Notes under the pieces: generated by a model
The model's input: only the letters and a program-made list of their open reading frames with translations
What the model was told of the DNA's origin: nothing
Database searches by the model: none
Source: Nemertoderma westbladi
Lineage: Eukaryota; Animalia; Xenacoelomorpha
NCBI GenBank assembly: GCA_032718475.1
Contig: JAUCBJ010007562.1
Coordinates: forward strand, 1 to 64,000
Direction of reading: 5' to 3'
Length of the DNA: 64,000 bases
Translations under genes and position numbers: made by a program
Shown here: positions 24,605 through 38,500 of the stretch, piece by piece
How positions within the stretch are numbered: position 1 is the stretch's first letter
Layout of the letters: each line of letters begins with the position of its first letter

Positions 24605-24924
24605 ACCTTTCATTTTTCCCCCAGTCCGCAGTGCAGTGATGTAAATATAAGCATTTGCGGGGAAATATAATACAATAATATATAATATAAATTTATTAGG
24701 ATTATATACTTCAGAGGAAAAAATGACACAGTATGAAAATGTAAAAAATGACCCACAATATGACAGACAGAGTTCAAATAGAATCAGAAAACATAAAACA
24801 AATTAGTAGTTAGTTAAAATATTTTCCCATAACAGCATATATAGTGTACCATGCTGATAAAAAAAATACCCCCATTAAACATGTGGATGTTGATACCCCT
24901 AAAATATTAGAAAAAATAAGCATA

Positions 24925-25185
24925 CACATACAGTTTATAGTGTTTACGCACAATAGGTGGTACATACACTCACAGTTTATAGTGTTTACGCACAATAGGT
25001 GGTACATACACTCACAGTTTATAGTGTTTACGCACAATAGGTGGTACATACACTCACAGTTTATAGTGTTTACGCACAATAGGTGGTACATACACTCACA
25101 GTTTATAGTGTTTACGCACAATAGGTGGTACATACACTCACAGTTTATAGTGTTTACGCACAATAGGTGGTACATACACTCACAG
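24925..25185. repeat. 42-bp minisatellite, ~6 near-identical copies, downstream of the host-gene stop codon (possibly in the 3' UTR)
   Basis: cacagtttatagtgtttacgcacaataggtggtacatacact repeated. Confidence 0.95.
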
Positions 25186-25308
25186 ACCATCATTGTTGGA
25201 GGATTAGCGGTTGGATTTATATAATTAAAGTGAATAACAACAAAACGTAACAATCTACTTTATAAAATATAGAATCATGCACTGCTAGAAAGATAAGGGA
25301 GATCCGAG

Positions 25309-25416
25309 CTAAGATGGTTCCCCACCATCGGCGTCGGTGGCAACTGTATCAGCGACATCAGCGGAAGCAGGTCGGGCGGCGTCAGTATCACCGAGTTGGG
25401 CATCGTTTGGAGGTCC
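25309..25416 (-). CDS. Terminal coding exon of an unidentified spliced gene (GPPNDAQLGDTDAARPASADVADTVATDADGGEPS*)
   Basis: Acceptor ttgtcgttattcag| at 25418-25417; 108 nt (36 codons, phase 0) ending in TAG; a GC-rich island in AT-rich flanks. Confidence 0.72.
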   Translation of the reverse strand, partial: GPPNDAQLGDTDAARPASADVADTVATDADGGEPS

Positions 25417-25731
25417 CTGAATAACGACAAATAAGCTATATTGCTAAAGTAATATGAGTGCCATTCATCATTACGTCATATCATACATCATATGGGTGTG
25501 ACTGTCCTACCTAAATTAGTAGCTATAGTGTATAATTAATCATTGTGGCCGTGATGGTTCATGGTTAATATACACTACACTTTCATTGTAGCGAGTTGTT
25601 AAAGACGGCCAAGTACTGTAGGATTGAGCACAGTGGCAGCATATGATTGTATTGACAGTTGGGAGGCCATGAGGAGGTAAATTGCGGACATACAAGGTAT
25701 CAGATAGCTGTTCCAGGTCTATCTTTTACCT

Positions 25732-25850
25732 GAGCCGCTAGCTGAATGGTTAGAGGCGAGCGTCAGACTTCCAACCCGGAGGTCACCAGTTCGATCCCAC
25801 CTGGACGTCATTGCCGACTTTGCAAAAGTTGTGCCCAACAAATTATTATA
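25732..25850 (+). mobile_element. tRNA-derived SINE head (intronic)
   Basis: TAGCTGAATGG A-box-like and GTTCGATCCC B-box at tRNA-like spacing; acceptor stem not intact. Confidence 0.6.
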
Positions 25851-25861
25851 CTCCTAAATTA

Positions 25862-26009
25862 TACGCCATATCCTTCCAGCTCATATAATGCGACATGCGA
25901 CTCCTATACATTACGCCATATCCTTCCAGCTCATATAATGCGACATGCGACTCCTATACATTACGCCATATCCTTCCATCTCATATAATGCGACATGCGA
26001 CTCCTATAC
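25862..26009. repeat. 50-bp tandem repeat, 3 copies
   Basis: tacgccatatccttcca at 25862, 25912 and 25962. Confidence 0.93.
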
Positions 26010-26138
26010 CCCATTTACAGTTTACGAGGTAAGTCTTGATGTTCCTGATGCGAGCAGTTGACATTCCTTGTAATGTAACTGTTGCTAAAATTATTGAATT
26101 CCTATTCGTAAGTGGCATAATATTAACAACGTACTAAC

Positions 26139-26240
26139 CCCAACTTCTTCACCAACGTGCTCTTCCTCATCCTCACCAACAGCGTCAATATCAATATTCG
26201 TCTCACCACTAGGGATCTCCAACGGCCCATTTTCCGGTAT
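26139..26240 (-). CDS. Internal coding exon, acidic (IPENGPLEIPSGETNIDIDAVGEDEEEHVGEEVG)
   Basis: Acceptor ttattattatcccag| and donor GGG|gttagt; 102 nt, phase 0/0, compatible with both neighbouring exons. Confidence 0.72.
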
Positions 26241-26589
26241 CTGGGATAATAATAATATAATATAGGCGTTATATACATTATGTTCGAGACACTTAATATC
26301 GAGAGTCAGCAAAACAATCGAAGCTGTAATTTCCAAAAATTGCCAGAATTTCGTATCTCAGTATCAATATTTAAAAGAAACACACAAATAATTATGGTAT
26401 TACCAAACGAGGTATTGGCATTAGTTTTCGGCTAACCGTTTTGCTGTATATGAATTGGTTTTCCATGTAACGTATTAGGTATTAGGTATTATTCGACTTA
26501 CATTAAAGGGAGTATAGACTTATCAGTTGGTTTGCCACTTTACCATATGAGATATAGGAGTTTTTTTTCGGCGTTTGGGGCCTGAATGA

Positions 26590-29500
26590 GTTGGTTGTCG
26601 ACTTACCGTTTGAGGTACTTCAGTTGGTTGTTGACTTACAGTTTGAGGTACTTCAGTTGGTTGTCGACTTACCGTTTGAGGTACTTCAGTTGGTTGTTGA
26701 CTTACAGTTTGAGGTACTTCAGTTGGTTGTCGACTTACCGTTTGAGGTACTTCAGTTGATTTTCGACTTACAGTTTGAGGTACTTCAGTTGATTGTCGAC
26801 TTACCGTTTGAGGTACTTCAGTTGATTTTCGACTTACAGTTTGAGGTACTTCAGTTGATTGTCGACTTACCGTTTGAGGTACTTCAGTTGGTTATCGACT
26901 TACAGTTTGAGGTACTTCAGTTGATTGTCGACTTACCGTTTGAGGTACTTCAGTTGGTTGTTGACTTACCGTTTGAGGTACTTCAGTTGGTTATCGACTT
27001 ACAGTTTGAGGTACTTCAGTTGATTGTCGACTTACCGTTTGAGGTACTTCAGTTGGTTGTTGACTTACCGTTTGAGGTACTTCAGTTGGTTGTCGACTTA
27101 CAGTTTGAGGTACTTCAGTTGGTTGTCGACTTACAGTTTGAGGTACTTCAGTTGGTTATCGACTTACAGTTTGAGGTACTTCAGTTGGTTGTCGACTTAC
27201 AGTTTGAGGTACTTCAGTTGGTTATCGACTTACAGTTTGAGGTACTTCAGTTGATTTTCGACTTACAGTTTGAGGTACTTCAGTTGATTTTCGACTTACA
27301 GTTTGAGGTACTTCAGTTGATTTTCGACTTACCGTTTGAGGTACTTCAGTTGGTTGTCGACTTACCGTTTGAGGTACTTCAGTTGATTTTCGACTTACCG
27401 TTTGAGGTACTTCAGTTGATTTTCGACTTACCGTTTGAGGTACTTCAGTTGGTTGTCGACTTACCGTTTGAGGTACTTCAGTTGATTTTCGACTTACCGT
27501 TTGAGGTACTTCAGTTGGTTGTCGACTTACCGTTTGAGGTACTTCAGTTGATTTTCGACTTACCGTTTGAGGTACTTCAGTTGGTTGTCGACTTACCGTT
27601 TGAGGTACTTCAGTTGATTTTCGACTTACCGTTTGAGGTACTTCAGTTGGTTGTTGACTTACCGTTTGAGGTACTTCAGTTGGTTGTCGACTTACCGTTT
27701 GAGGTACTTCAGTTGATTTTCGACTTACCGTTTGAGGTACTTCAGTTGATTTTCGACTTACCGTTTGAAGTACTTCAGTTGATTGTCGACTTACAGTTTG
27801 AGGTACTTCAGTTGATTGTCGACTTACCGTTTGAGGTACTTCAGTTGATTTTCGACTTACCGTTTAAGGTACTTCAGTTGATTTTCGACTTACCGTTTGA
27901 GGTACTTCAGTTGATTGTCGACTTACCGTTTGAGGTACTTCAGTTGGTTGTCGACTTACCGTTTGAGGTACTTCAGTTGGTTATCGACTTACCGTTTGAG
28001 GTACTTCAGTTGGTTGTCGACTTACCGTTTGAGGTACTTCAGTTGATTTTCGACTTACCGTTTGAGGTACTTCAGTTGATTTTCGAACTAACCGTTTGAG
28101 GTACTTCAGTTGGTTGTCGACTTACCGTTTGAGGTACTTCAGTTGATTTTCGACTTACCGTTTGAGGTACTTCAGTTGGTTGTCGACTTACCGTTTGAGG
28201 TACTTCAGTTGATTTTCGACTTACCGTTTGAGGTACTTGAGGTACTTCAGTTGATTTTCGACTTACCGTTTGAGGTACTTCAGTTGGTTGTCGACTTACC
28301 GTTTGAGGTACTTCAGTTGATTTTCGACTTACCGTTTGAGGTACTTCAGTTGGTTATCGACTTACCGTTTGAGGTACTTCAGTTGGTTATCGACTTACAG
28401 TTTGAGGTACTTCAGTTGGTTATCGACTTACAGTTTGAGGTACTTCAGTTGGTTGTCGACTTACAGTTTGAGGTACTTCAGTTGGTTGTTGACTTACAGT
28501 TTGAGGTACTTCAGTTGATTTTCGACTTACAGTTTGAGGTACTTCAGTTGATTTTCGACTTACAGTTTGAGGTACTTCAGTTGGTTGTCGGCTTACAGTT
28601 TGAGGTACTTCAGTTGGTTTTCGACTTACCGTTTGAGGTACTTCAGTTGATTTTCGACTTACCGTTTGAGGTACTTCAGTTGGTTATCAACTTACCGTTT
28701 GAGGTACCTCAGTTGGTTGTCGACTTACCGTTTGAGGTACTTCAGTTGGTTGTCGACTTACCGTTTGAGGTACTTCAGTTGGTTATCGACTTACCGTTTG
28801 AGGTACTTCAGTTGGTTGTCGACTTACCGTTTGAGGTACTTCAGTTGGTTGTCGACTTACCGTTTGAGGTACTTCAGTTGATTTTCGACTTACCGTTTGA
28901 GGTACTTCAGTTGATTTTCGACTTACCGTTTGAGGTACTTCAGTTGATTGTCGACTTACAGTTTGAGGTACTTCAGTTGATTGTCGACTTACCGTTTGAG
29001 GTACTTCAGTTGATTTTCGACTTACCGTTTGAGGTACTTCAGTTGATTTTCGACTTACCGTTTGAGGTACTTCAGTTGATTGTCGACTTACCGTTTGAGG
29101 TACTTCAGTTGGTTGTCGACTTACCGTTTGAGGTACTTCAGTTGGTTATCGACTTACCGTTTGAGGTACTTCAGTTGGTTGTCGACTTACCGTTTGAGGT
29201 ACTTCAGTTGATTTTCGACTTACCGTTTGAGGTACTTCTACTTCAGTTGGTTGTCGACTTACCGTTTGAGGTACTTCAGTTGGTTGTCGACTTACCGTTT
29301 GAGGTACTTCAGTTGGTTGTCGACTTACCGTTTGAGGTACTTCAGTTGATTTTCGACTTACCGTTTGAGGTACTTCAGTTGGTTATCAACTTACCGTTTG
29401 AGGTACTTCAGTTGGTTGTCGGCTTACAGTTTGAGGTACTTCTACTTCAGTTGGTTGTCGACTTACAGTTTGAGGTACTTCAGTTGGTTTTCGACTTACC

Positions 29501-32500
29501 GTTTGAGGTACTTCAGTTGATTTTCGACTTACCGTTTGAGGTACTTCAGTTGGTTTTCGACTTACCGTTTGAGGTACTTCAGTTGGTTATCGACTTACCG
29601 TTTGAGGTACTTCAGTTGGTTATCGACTTACCGTTTGAGGTACTTCAGTTGGTTATCAACTTACCGTTTGAGGTACTTCAGTTGGTTGTCGGCTTACAGT
29701 TTGAGGTACTTCTACTTCAGTTGGTTGTCAACTTACAGTTTGAGGTACTTCAGTTGGTTTTCGACTTACCGTTTGAGGTACTTCAGTTGATTTTCGACTT
29801 ACCGTTTGAGGTACTTCAGTTGGTTTTCGACTTACCGTTTGAGGTACTTCAGTTGGTTATCGACTTACCGTTTGAGGTACTTCAGTTGATTTTCGACTTA
29901 CCGTTTGAGGTACTTCAGTTGGTTATCGACTTACCGTTTGAGGTACTTCAGTTGGTTGTCGACTTACCGTTTGAGGTACTTCAGTTGGTTGTCGACTTAC
30001 CGTTTGAGGTACTTCAGTTGGTTTTCGACTTACCGTTTGAGGTACTTCAGTTGATTTTCGACTTACCGTTTGAGGTACTTCAGTTGATTTTCGACTTACC
30101 GTTTGAGGTACTTCAGTTGATTGTCGACTTACCGTTTGAGGTACTTCAGTTGGTTGTCGACTTACCGTTTGAGGTACTTCAGTTGGTTATCGACTTACCG
30201 TTTGAGGTACTTCAGTTGATTTTCGACTTACCGTTTGAGGTACTTCTACTTCAGTTGGTTGTCGACTTACCGTTTGAGGTACTTCAGTTGGTTATCGACT
30301 TACCGTTTGAGGTACTTCAGTTGATTTTCGACTTACCGTTTGAGGTACTTCTACTTCAGTTGGTTGTCGACTTACCGTTTGAGGTACTTCAGTTGATTTT
30401 CGACTTACCGTTTGAGGTACTTCTACTTCAGTTGGTTGTCGACTTACCGTTTGAGGTACTTCAGTTGGTTGTCGACTTACCGTTTGAGGTACTTCAGTTG
30501 GTTGTCGACTTACCGTTTGAGGTACTTCAGTTGATTTTCGACTTACCGTTTGAGGTACTTCAGTTGGTTTTCGACTTACCGTTTGAGGTACTCAGTTGGT
30601 TGTCGACTTACAGTTTGAGGTACTTCTACTTCAGTTGGTTGTCGACTTACAGTTTGAGGTACTTCAGTTGGTTTTCGACTTACCGTTTGAGGTACTTCAG
30701 TTGATTTTCGACTTACCGTTTGAGGTACTTCAGTTGGTTTTCGACTTACCGTTTGAGGTACTTCAGTTGGTTGTCGACTTACCGTTTGAGGTACTTCAGT
30801 TGGTTGTCGGCTTACCGTTTGAGGTACTTCAGTTGATTTTCGACTTACCGTTTGAGGTACTTCAGTTGGTTGTCGACTTACAGTTTGAGGTACTTCAGTT
30901 GGTTGTCGACTTACAGTTTGAGGTACTTCAGTTGGTTGTCGACTTACAGTTTGAGGTACTTCAGTTGGTTGTCGACTTACAGTTTGAGGTACTTCAGTTG
31001 GTTATCGACTTACAGTTTGAGGTACTTCAGTTGGTTGTCGACTTACAGTTTGAGGTACTTCAGTTGGTTGTCGACTTACTGTTTGAGGTACTTCAGTTGG
31101 TTTTCGACTTACAGTTTGAGGTACTTCTACTTCAGCTGGTTGTCGACTTACAGTTTGAGGTACTTCAGTTGGTTGTCGACTTACCGTTTGAGGTACTTCA
31201 GTTGATTTTCGAGTTACAGTTTGAGGTACTTCAGTTGGTTTTCGACTTACAGTTTGAGGTACTTCAGTTGGTTTTCGACTTACAGTTTGAGGTACTTCTA
31301 CTTCAGTTGGTTGTTGACTTACAGTTTGAGGTACTTCTACTTCAGTTGGTTGTCGACTTACTGTTTGAGGTACTTCAGTTGGTTTTCGACTTACAGTTTG
31401 AGGTACTTCTACTTCAGTTGGTTGTCGACTTACTGTTTGAGGTACTTCAGTTGGTTTTCGACTTACAGTTTGAGGTACTTCTACTTCAGTTGGTTGTTGA
31501 CTTACAGTTTGAGGTACTTCTACTTCAGTTGGTTTTCGACTTCCAGTTTGAGGTACTTCAGTTGGTTGTCGACTTACCGTTTGAGGTACTTCAGTTGGTT
31601 GTCGACTTACAGTTTGAGGTACTTCAGTTGGTTGTTGACTTACAGTATGAGGTACTTCTACTTCAGTTGATTGTCGACTTACAGTTTGAGGTACTTCAGT
31701 TGGTTGTCGACTTACCGTTTGAGGTACTTCAGTTGGTTGTCGACTTACAGTTTGAGGTACTTCTACTTCAGTTGGTTGTCGACTTACTGTTTGAGGTACT
31801 TCAGTTGGTTTTCGACTTACAGTTTGAGGTACTTCTACTTCAGTTGGTTGTTGACTTACAGTTTGAGGTACTTCAGTTGATTTTCGACTTACCGTTTGAG
31901 GTACTTCAGTTGGTTTTCGACTTACAGTTTGAGGTACTTCAGTTGGTTGTCGACTTACAGTTTGAGGTACTTCAGTTGGTTGTTGACTTACAGTATGAGG
32001 TACTTCAGTTGGTTGTCGACTTACAGTTTGAGGTACTTCTACTTCAGTTGGTTGCCGACTTACCGTTTGAGGTACTTCAGTTGATTTTCGACTTACCGTT
32101 TGAGGTACTTCAGTTGGTTGTCGGTTTACCGTTTGAGGTACTTCAGTTGGTTGTCGACTTACCGTTTGAGGTACTTCAGTTGGTTGTCGACTTACCGTTT
32201 GAGGTACTTCAGTTGGTTGTCGGCTTACCGTTTGAGGTACTTCAGTTGGTTGTCGACTTACCGTTTGAGGTACTTCAGTTGGTTGTCGACTTACCGTTTG
32301 AGGTACTTCAGTTGGTTGTCGGCTTACCGTTTGAGGTACTTCAGTTGGTTGTCGACTTACCGTTTGAGGTACTTCAGTTGGTTGTCGACTTACCGTTTGA
32401 GGTACTTCAGTTGGTTGTCGACTTACCGTTTGAGGTACTTCAGTTGATTTTCGACTTACCGTTTGAGGTACTTCAGTTGATTTTCGACTTACCGTTTGAG

Positions 32501-35500
32501 GTACTTCAGTTGGTTGTCGGTTTACCGTTTGAGGTACTTCAGTTGGTTGTCGACTTATCGTTTGAGGTACTTCAGTTGGTTGTCGACTTACCGTTTGAGG
32601 TACTTCAGTTGGTTGTCGGCTTACCGTTTGAGGAACTTCAGTTGGTTGTCGACTTACCGTTTGAGGTACTTCAGTTGGTTGTCGACTTACCGTTTGAGGT
32701 ACTTCAGTTGGTTGTCGACTTACAGTTTGAGGTACTTCAGTTGGTTGTCGGCTTACAGTTTGAGGTACTTCAGTTGATTTTCGACTTACCGTTTGAGGTA
32801 CTTCAGTTGGTTATCAACTTACCGTTTGAGGTACTTCAGTTGATTTTCGACTTACCGTTTGAGGTACTTCAGTTGATTTTCGACTTACCGTTTGAGGTAC
32901 TTCAGTTGATTTTCGACTTACCGTTTGAGGTACTTCAGATGATTTTCGACTTACCGTTTGAGGTACTTCAGTTGGTTGTCGACTTACCGTTTGAGGTACT
33001 TCTACTTCAGTTGGTTATCGACTTACCGTTTGAGGTACTTCAGTTGGTTGTCGGCTTACCGTTTGAGGTACTTCAGTTGATTTTCGACTTACAGTTTGAG
33101 GTACTTCAGTTGATTATCGACTTACCGTTTGAGGTACTTCAGTTGGTTGTCGACTTACCGTTTGAGGTACTTCAGTTGGTTGTCGACTTACCGTTTGAGG
33201 TACTTCAGTTGGTTGTCGACTTACCGTTTGAGGTACTTCAGTTGATTTTCGACTTACAGTTTGAGGTACTTCAGTTGATTTTCGACTTACAGTTTGAGGT
33301 ACTTCAGTTGGTTATCAACTTACCGTTTGAGGTACTTCAGTTGGTTGTCGACTTACCGTTTGAGGTACTTCAGTTGGTTATCGACTTACCGTTTGAGGTA
33401 CTTCAGTTGATTTTCGACTTACCGTTTGAGGTACTTCAGATGATTTTCGACTTACCGTTTGAGGTACTTCAGTTGGTTGTCGACTTACCGTTTGAGGTAC
33501 TTCTACTTCAGTTGGTTATCGACTTACCGTTTGAGGTACTTCAGTTGGTTGTCGGCTTACCGTTTGAGATACTTCAGTTGATTTTCGACTTACAGTTTGA
33601 GGTACTTCAGTTGGTTATCGACTTACCGTTTGAGGTACTTCAGTTGGTTGTCGACTTACCGTTTGAGGTACTTCAGTTGGTTGTCGACTTACCGTTTGAG
33701 GTACTTCAGTTGGTTGTCGACTTACCGTTTGAGGTACTTCATTTGGTTGTCGACTTACCGTTTGAGGTACTTCAGTTGATTTTCGACTTACAGTTTGAGG
33801 TACTTCAGTTGATTTTCGACTTACAGTTTGAGGTACTTCAGTTGGTTATCAACTTACCGTTTGAGGTACTTCAGTTGGTTGTCGACTTACCGTTTGAGGT
33901 ACTTCAGTTGGTTATCGACTTACCGTTTGAGGTACTTCAGTTGATTTTCGACTTACAGTTTGAGGTACTTCAGTTGGTTATCAACTTACCGTTTGAGGTA
34001 CTTCAGTTGGTTGTCGACTTACCGTTTGAGGTACTTCAGTTGGTTGTCGACTTACCGTTTGAGGTACTTCAGTTGGTTATCAACTTACCGTTTGAGGTAC
34101 TTCAGTTGGTTATCAACTTACCGTTTGAGGTACTTCAGTTGGTTGTCGACTTACAGTTTGAGGTACTTCAGTTGGTTGTCGACTTACCGTTTGAGGTACT
34201 TCAGTTGGTTATCGACTTACCGTTTGAGGTACTTCAGTTGATTTTCGACTTACAGTTTGAGGTACTTCAGTTGGTTATCAACTTACCGTTTGAGGTACTT
34301 CAGTTGGTTATCAACTTACCGTTTGAGGTACTTCAGTTGGTTGTCGACTTACAGTTTGAGGTACTTCAGTTGGTTATCAACTTACCGTTTGAGGTACTTC
34401 AGTTGGTTGTCGACTTACCGTTTGAGGTACTTCAGTTGGTTATCGACTTACCGTTTGAGGTACTTCAGTTGATTTTCGACTTACAGTTTGAGGTACTTCA
34501 GTTGGTTATCAACTTACCGTTTGAGGTACTTCAGTTGGTTGTCGACTTACCGTTTGAGGTACTTCAGTTGGTTGTCGACTTACCGTTTGAGGTACTTCAG
34601 TTGGTTATCGACTTACCGTTTGAGGTACTTCAGTTGATTTTCGACTTACAGTTTGAGGTACTTCAGTTGGTTATCAACTTACCGTTTGAGGTACTTCAGT
34701 TGGTTGTCGTCTTACCGTTTGAGGTACTTCAGTTGATTTTCGACTTACAGTTTGAGGTACTTCAGTTGATTTTCGACTTACAGTTTGAGGTACTTCAGTT
34801 GATTTTCGACTTACCGTTTGAGGTACTTCAGTTAGTTATCAACTTACCGTTTGAGGTACTTCAGTTGGTTGTCGACTTACCGTTTGAGGTACTTCAGTTG
34901 GTTATCGACTTACCGTTTGAGGTACTTCAGTTGATTTTCGACTTACAGTTTGAGGTACTTCAGTTGGTTATCAACTTACCGTTTGAGGTACTTCAGTTGG
35001 TTGTCGACTTACCGTTTGAGGTACTTCAGTTGGTTGTCGACTTACCGTTTGAGGTACTTCAGTTGGTTATCAACTTACCGTTTGAGGTACTTCAGTTGGT
35101 TATCGACTTACCGTTTGAGGTACTTCAGTTGATTTTCGACTTACAGTTTGAGGTACTTCAGTTGGTTATCAACTTACCGTTTGAGGTACTTCAGTTGGTT
35201 GTCGACTTACCGTTTGAGGTACTTCAGTTGGTTGTCGACTTACCGTTTGAGGTACTTCAGTTGGTTATCAACTTACCGTTTGAGGTACTTCAGTTGGTTA
35301 TCAACTTACCGTTTGAGGTACTTCAGTTGGTTATCAACTTACCGTTTGAGGTACTTCAGTTGGTTGTCGACTTACCGTTTGAGGTACTTCAGTTGGTTAT
35401 CAACTTACCGTTTGAGGTACTTCAGTTGGTTATCGACTTACCGTTTGAGGTACTTCAGTTGATTTTCGACTTACAGTTTGAGGTACTTCAGTTGGTTATC

Positions 35501-38500
35501 AACTTACCGTTTGAGGTACTTCAGTTGGTTGTCGACTTACCGTTTGAGGTACTTCAGTTGGTTGTCGACTTACCGTTTGAGGTACTTCAGTTGGTTATCA
35601 ACTTACCGTTTGAGGTACTTCAGTTGGTTATCAACTTACCGTTTGAGGTACTTCAGTTGGTTGTCGACTTACAGTTTGAGGTACTTCAGTTGGTTGTCGA
35701 ATTACCGTTTGAGGTACTTCAGTTGGTTATCGACTTACCGTTTGAGGTACTTCAGTTGATTTTCGACTTACAGTTTGAGGTACTTCAGTTGGTTATCAAC
35801 TTACCGTTTGAGGTACTTCAGTTGGTTATCAACTTACCGTTTGAGGTACTTCAGTTGGTTGTCGACTTACAGTTTGAGGTACTTCAGTTGGTTATCAACT
35901 TACCGTTTGAGGTACTTCAGTTGGTTGTCGACTTACCGTTTGAGGTACTTCAGTTGGTTATCGACTTACCGTTTGAGGTACTTCAGTTGATTTTCGACTT
36001 ACAGTTTGAGGTACTTCAGTTGGTTATCAACTTACCGTTTGAGGTACTTCAGTTGGTTGTCGACTTACCGTTTGAGGTACTTCAGTTGGTTGTCGACTTA
36101 CCGTTTGAGGTACTTCAGTTGGTTATCGACTTACCGTTTGAGGTACTTCAGTTGATTTTCGACTTACAGTTTGAGGTACTTCAGTTGGTTATCAACTTAC
36201 CGTTTGAGGTACTTCAGTTGGTTGTCGACTTACCGTTTGAGGTACTTCAGTTGGTTATCGACTTACCGTTTGAGGTACTTCAGTTGATTTTCGGCTTACC
36301 GTTTGAGGTACTTCAGTTGGTTGTCGACTTACCGTTTGAGGTACTTCAGTTGGTTATCGACTTACCGTTTGAGGTACTTCAGTTGGTTATCGACTTACCG
36401 TTTGAGGTACTTCAGTTGGTTGTCGACTTACCGTTTGAGGTACTTCAGTTGGTTTTCGACTTACCGTTTGAGGTACTTCAGTTGATTTTCGACTTACCGT
36501 TTGAGGTACTTCAGTTGATTGTCGACTTACCGTTTGAGGTACTTCAGTTGGTTGTCGACTTACCGTTTGAGGTACTTCAGTTGGTTATCGACTTACCGTT
36601 TGAGGTACTTCAGTTGATTTTCGACTTACCGTTTGAGGTACTTCTACTTCAGTTGATTTTCGACTTACCGTTTGAGGTACTTCAGTTGGTTATCGACTTA
36701 CCGTTTGAGGTACTTCAGTTGATTTTCGACTTACCGTTTGAGGTACTTCTACTTCAGTTGGTTGTCGACTTACCGTTTGAGGTACTTCAGTTGATTTTCG
36801 ACTTACCGTTTGAGGTACTTCTACTTCAGTTGGTTGTCGACTTACCGTTTGAGGTACTTCAGTTGATTTTCGACTTACCGTTTGAGGTACTTCAGTTGGT
36901 TGTCGACTTACCGTTTGAGGTACTTCAGTTGATTTTCGACTTACCGTTTGAGGTACTTCAGTTGGTTTTCGACTTACCGTTTGAGGTACTTCAGTTGGTT
37001 GTCGACTTACAGTTTGAGGTACTTCTACTTCAGTTGGTTGTCGACTTACAGTTTGAGGTACTTCAGTTGGTTTTCGACTTACCGTTTGAGGTACTTCAGT
37101 TGATTTTCGACTTACCGTTTGAGGTACTTCAGTTGGTTTTCGACTTACCGTTTGAGGTACTTCAGTTGGTTGTCGACTTACCGTTTGAGGTACTTCAGTT
37201 GGTTGTCGGCTTACCGTTTGAGGTACTTCAGTTGATTTTCGACTTACCGTTTGAGGTACTTCAGTTGGTTGTCGACTTACAGTTTGAGGTACTTCAGTTG
37301 GTTGTCGACTTACAGTTTGAGGTACTTCAGTTGGTTATCGACTTACAGTTTGAGGTACTTCAGTTGGTTGTCGATTTACAGTTTGAGGTACTTCAGTTGG
37401 TTGTCGACTTACTGTTTGAGGTACTTCAGTTGGTTGTCGACTTACCGTTTGAGGTACTTCAGTTGATTTTCGACTTACAGTTTGAGGTACTTCAGTTGGT
37501 TGTCGACTTACTGTTTGAGGTACTTCAGTTGGTTGTCGACTTACCGTTTGAGGTACTTCAGTTGGTTGTCGACTTACAGTTTGAGGTACTTCAGTTGGTT
37601 GTCGACTTACTGTTTGAGGTACTTCAGTTGGTTGTCGACTTACAGTTTGAGGTACTTCAGTTGATTTTCGACTTACCGTTTGAGGTACTTCAGTTGGTTG
37701 TCGACTTACAGTTTGAGGTACTTCAGTTGGTTGTCGACTTACAGTTTGAGGTACTTCAGTTGGTTGTCGACTTACAGTTTGAGGTACTTCAGTTGATTTT
37801 CGACTTACCGTTTGAGGTACTTCAGTTGATTTTCGACTTACCGTTTGAGGTACTTCAGTTGGTTGTCGACTTACAGTTTGAGGTACTTCAGTTGGTTGTC
37901 GACTTACAGTTTGAGGTACTTCAGTTGGTTATCGACTTACAGTTTGAGGTACTTCAGTTGGTTATCGACTTACTGTTTGAGGTACTTCAGTTGGTTGTCG
38001 ACTTACCGTTTGAGGTACTTCAGTTGATTTTCGACTTACAGTTTGAGGTACTTCAGTTGGTTGTCGACTTACTGTTTGAGGTACTTCAGTTGGTTGTCGA
38101 CTTACCGTTTGAGGTACTTCAGTTGATTTTCGACTTACAGTTTGAGGTACTTCAGTTGGTTGTCGACTTACTGTTTGAGGTACTTCAGTTGGTTGTCGAC
38201 TTACCGTTTGAGGTACTTCAGTTGGTTGTCGACTTACAGTTTGAGGTACTTCAGTTGGTTGTCGACTTACTGTTTGAGGTACTTCAGTTGGTTGTCGACT
38301 TACCGTTTGAGGTACTTCAGTTGATTTTCGACTTACAGTTTGAGGTACTTCAGTTGGTTGTCGACTTACTGTTTGAGGTACTTCAGTTGGTTGTCGACTT
38401 ACCGTTTGAGGTACTTCAGTTGGTTGTCGACTTACAGTTTGAGGTACTTCAGTTGGTTGTCGACTTACAGTTTGAGGTACTTCAGTTGGTTGTCGACTTA

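Noticed and set aside
24059-25253. ORFs of 126-177 aa (HSAVPLSRSTQPF and CECMYHLLCVNTIN repeats)
   Set aside because: These are translations of the 13-bp and 42-bp minisatellites.
24520-25810. tRNA genes at 24530-24604 and 25732-25805
   Set aside because: A- and B-boxes are present but the cloverleaf stems are not intact; better explained as SINE heads.
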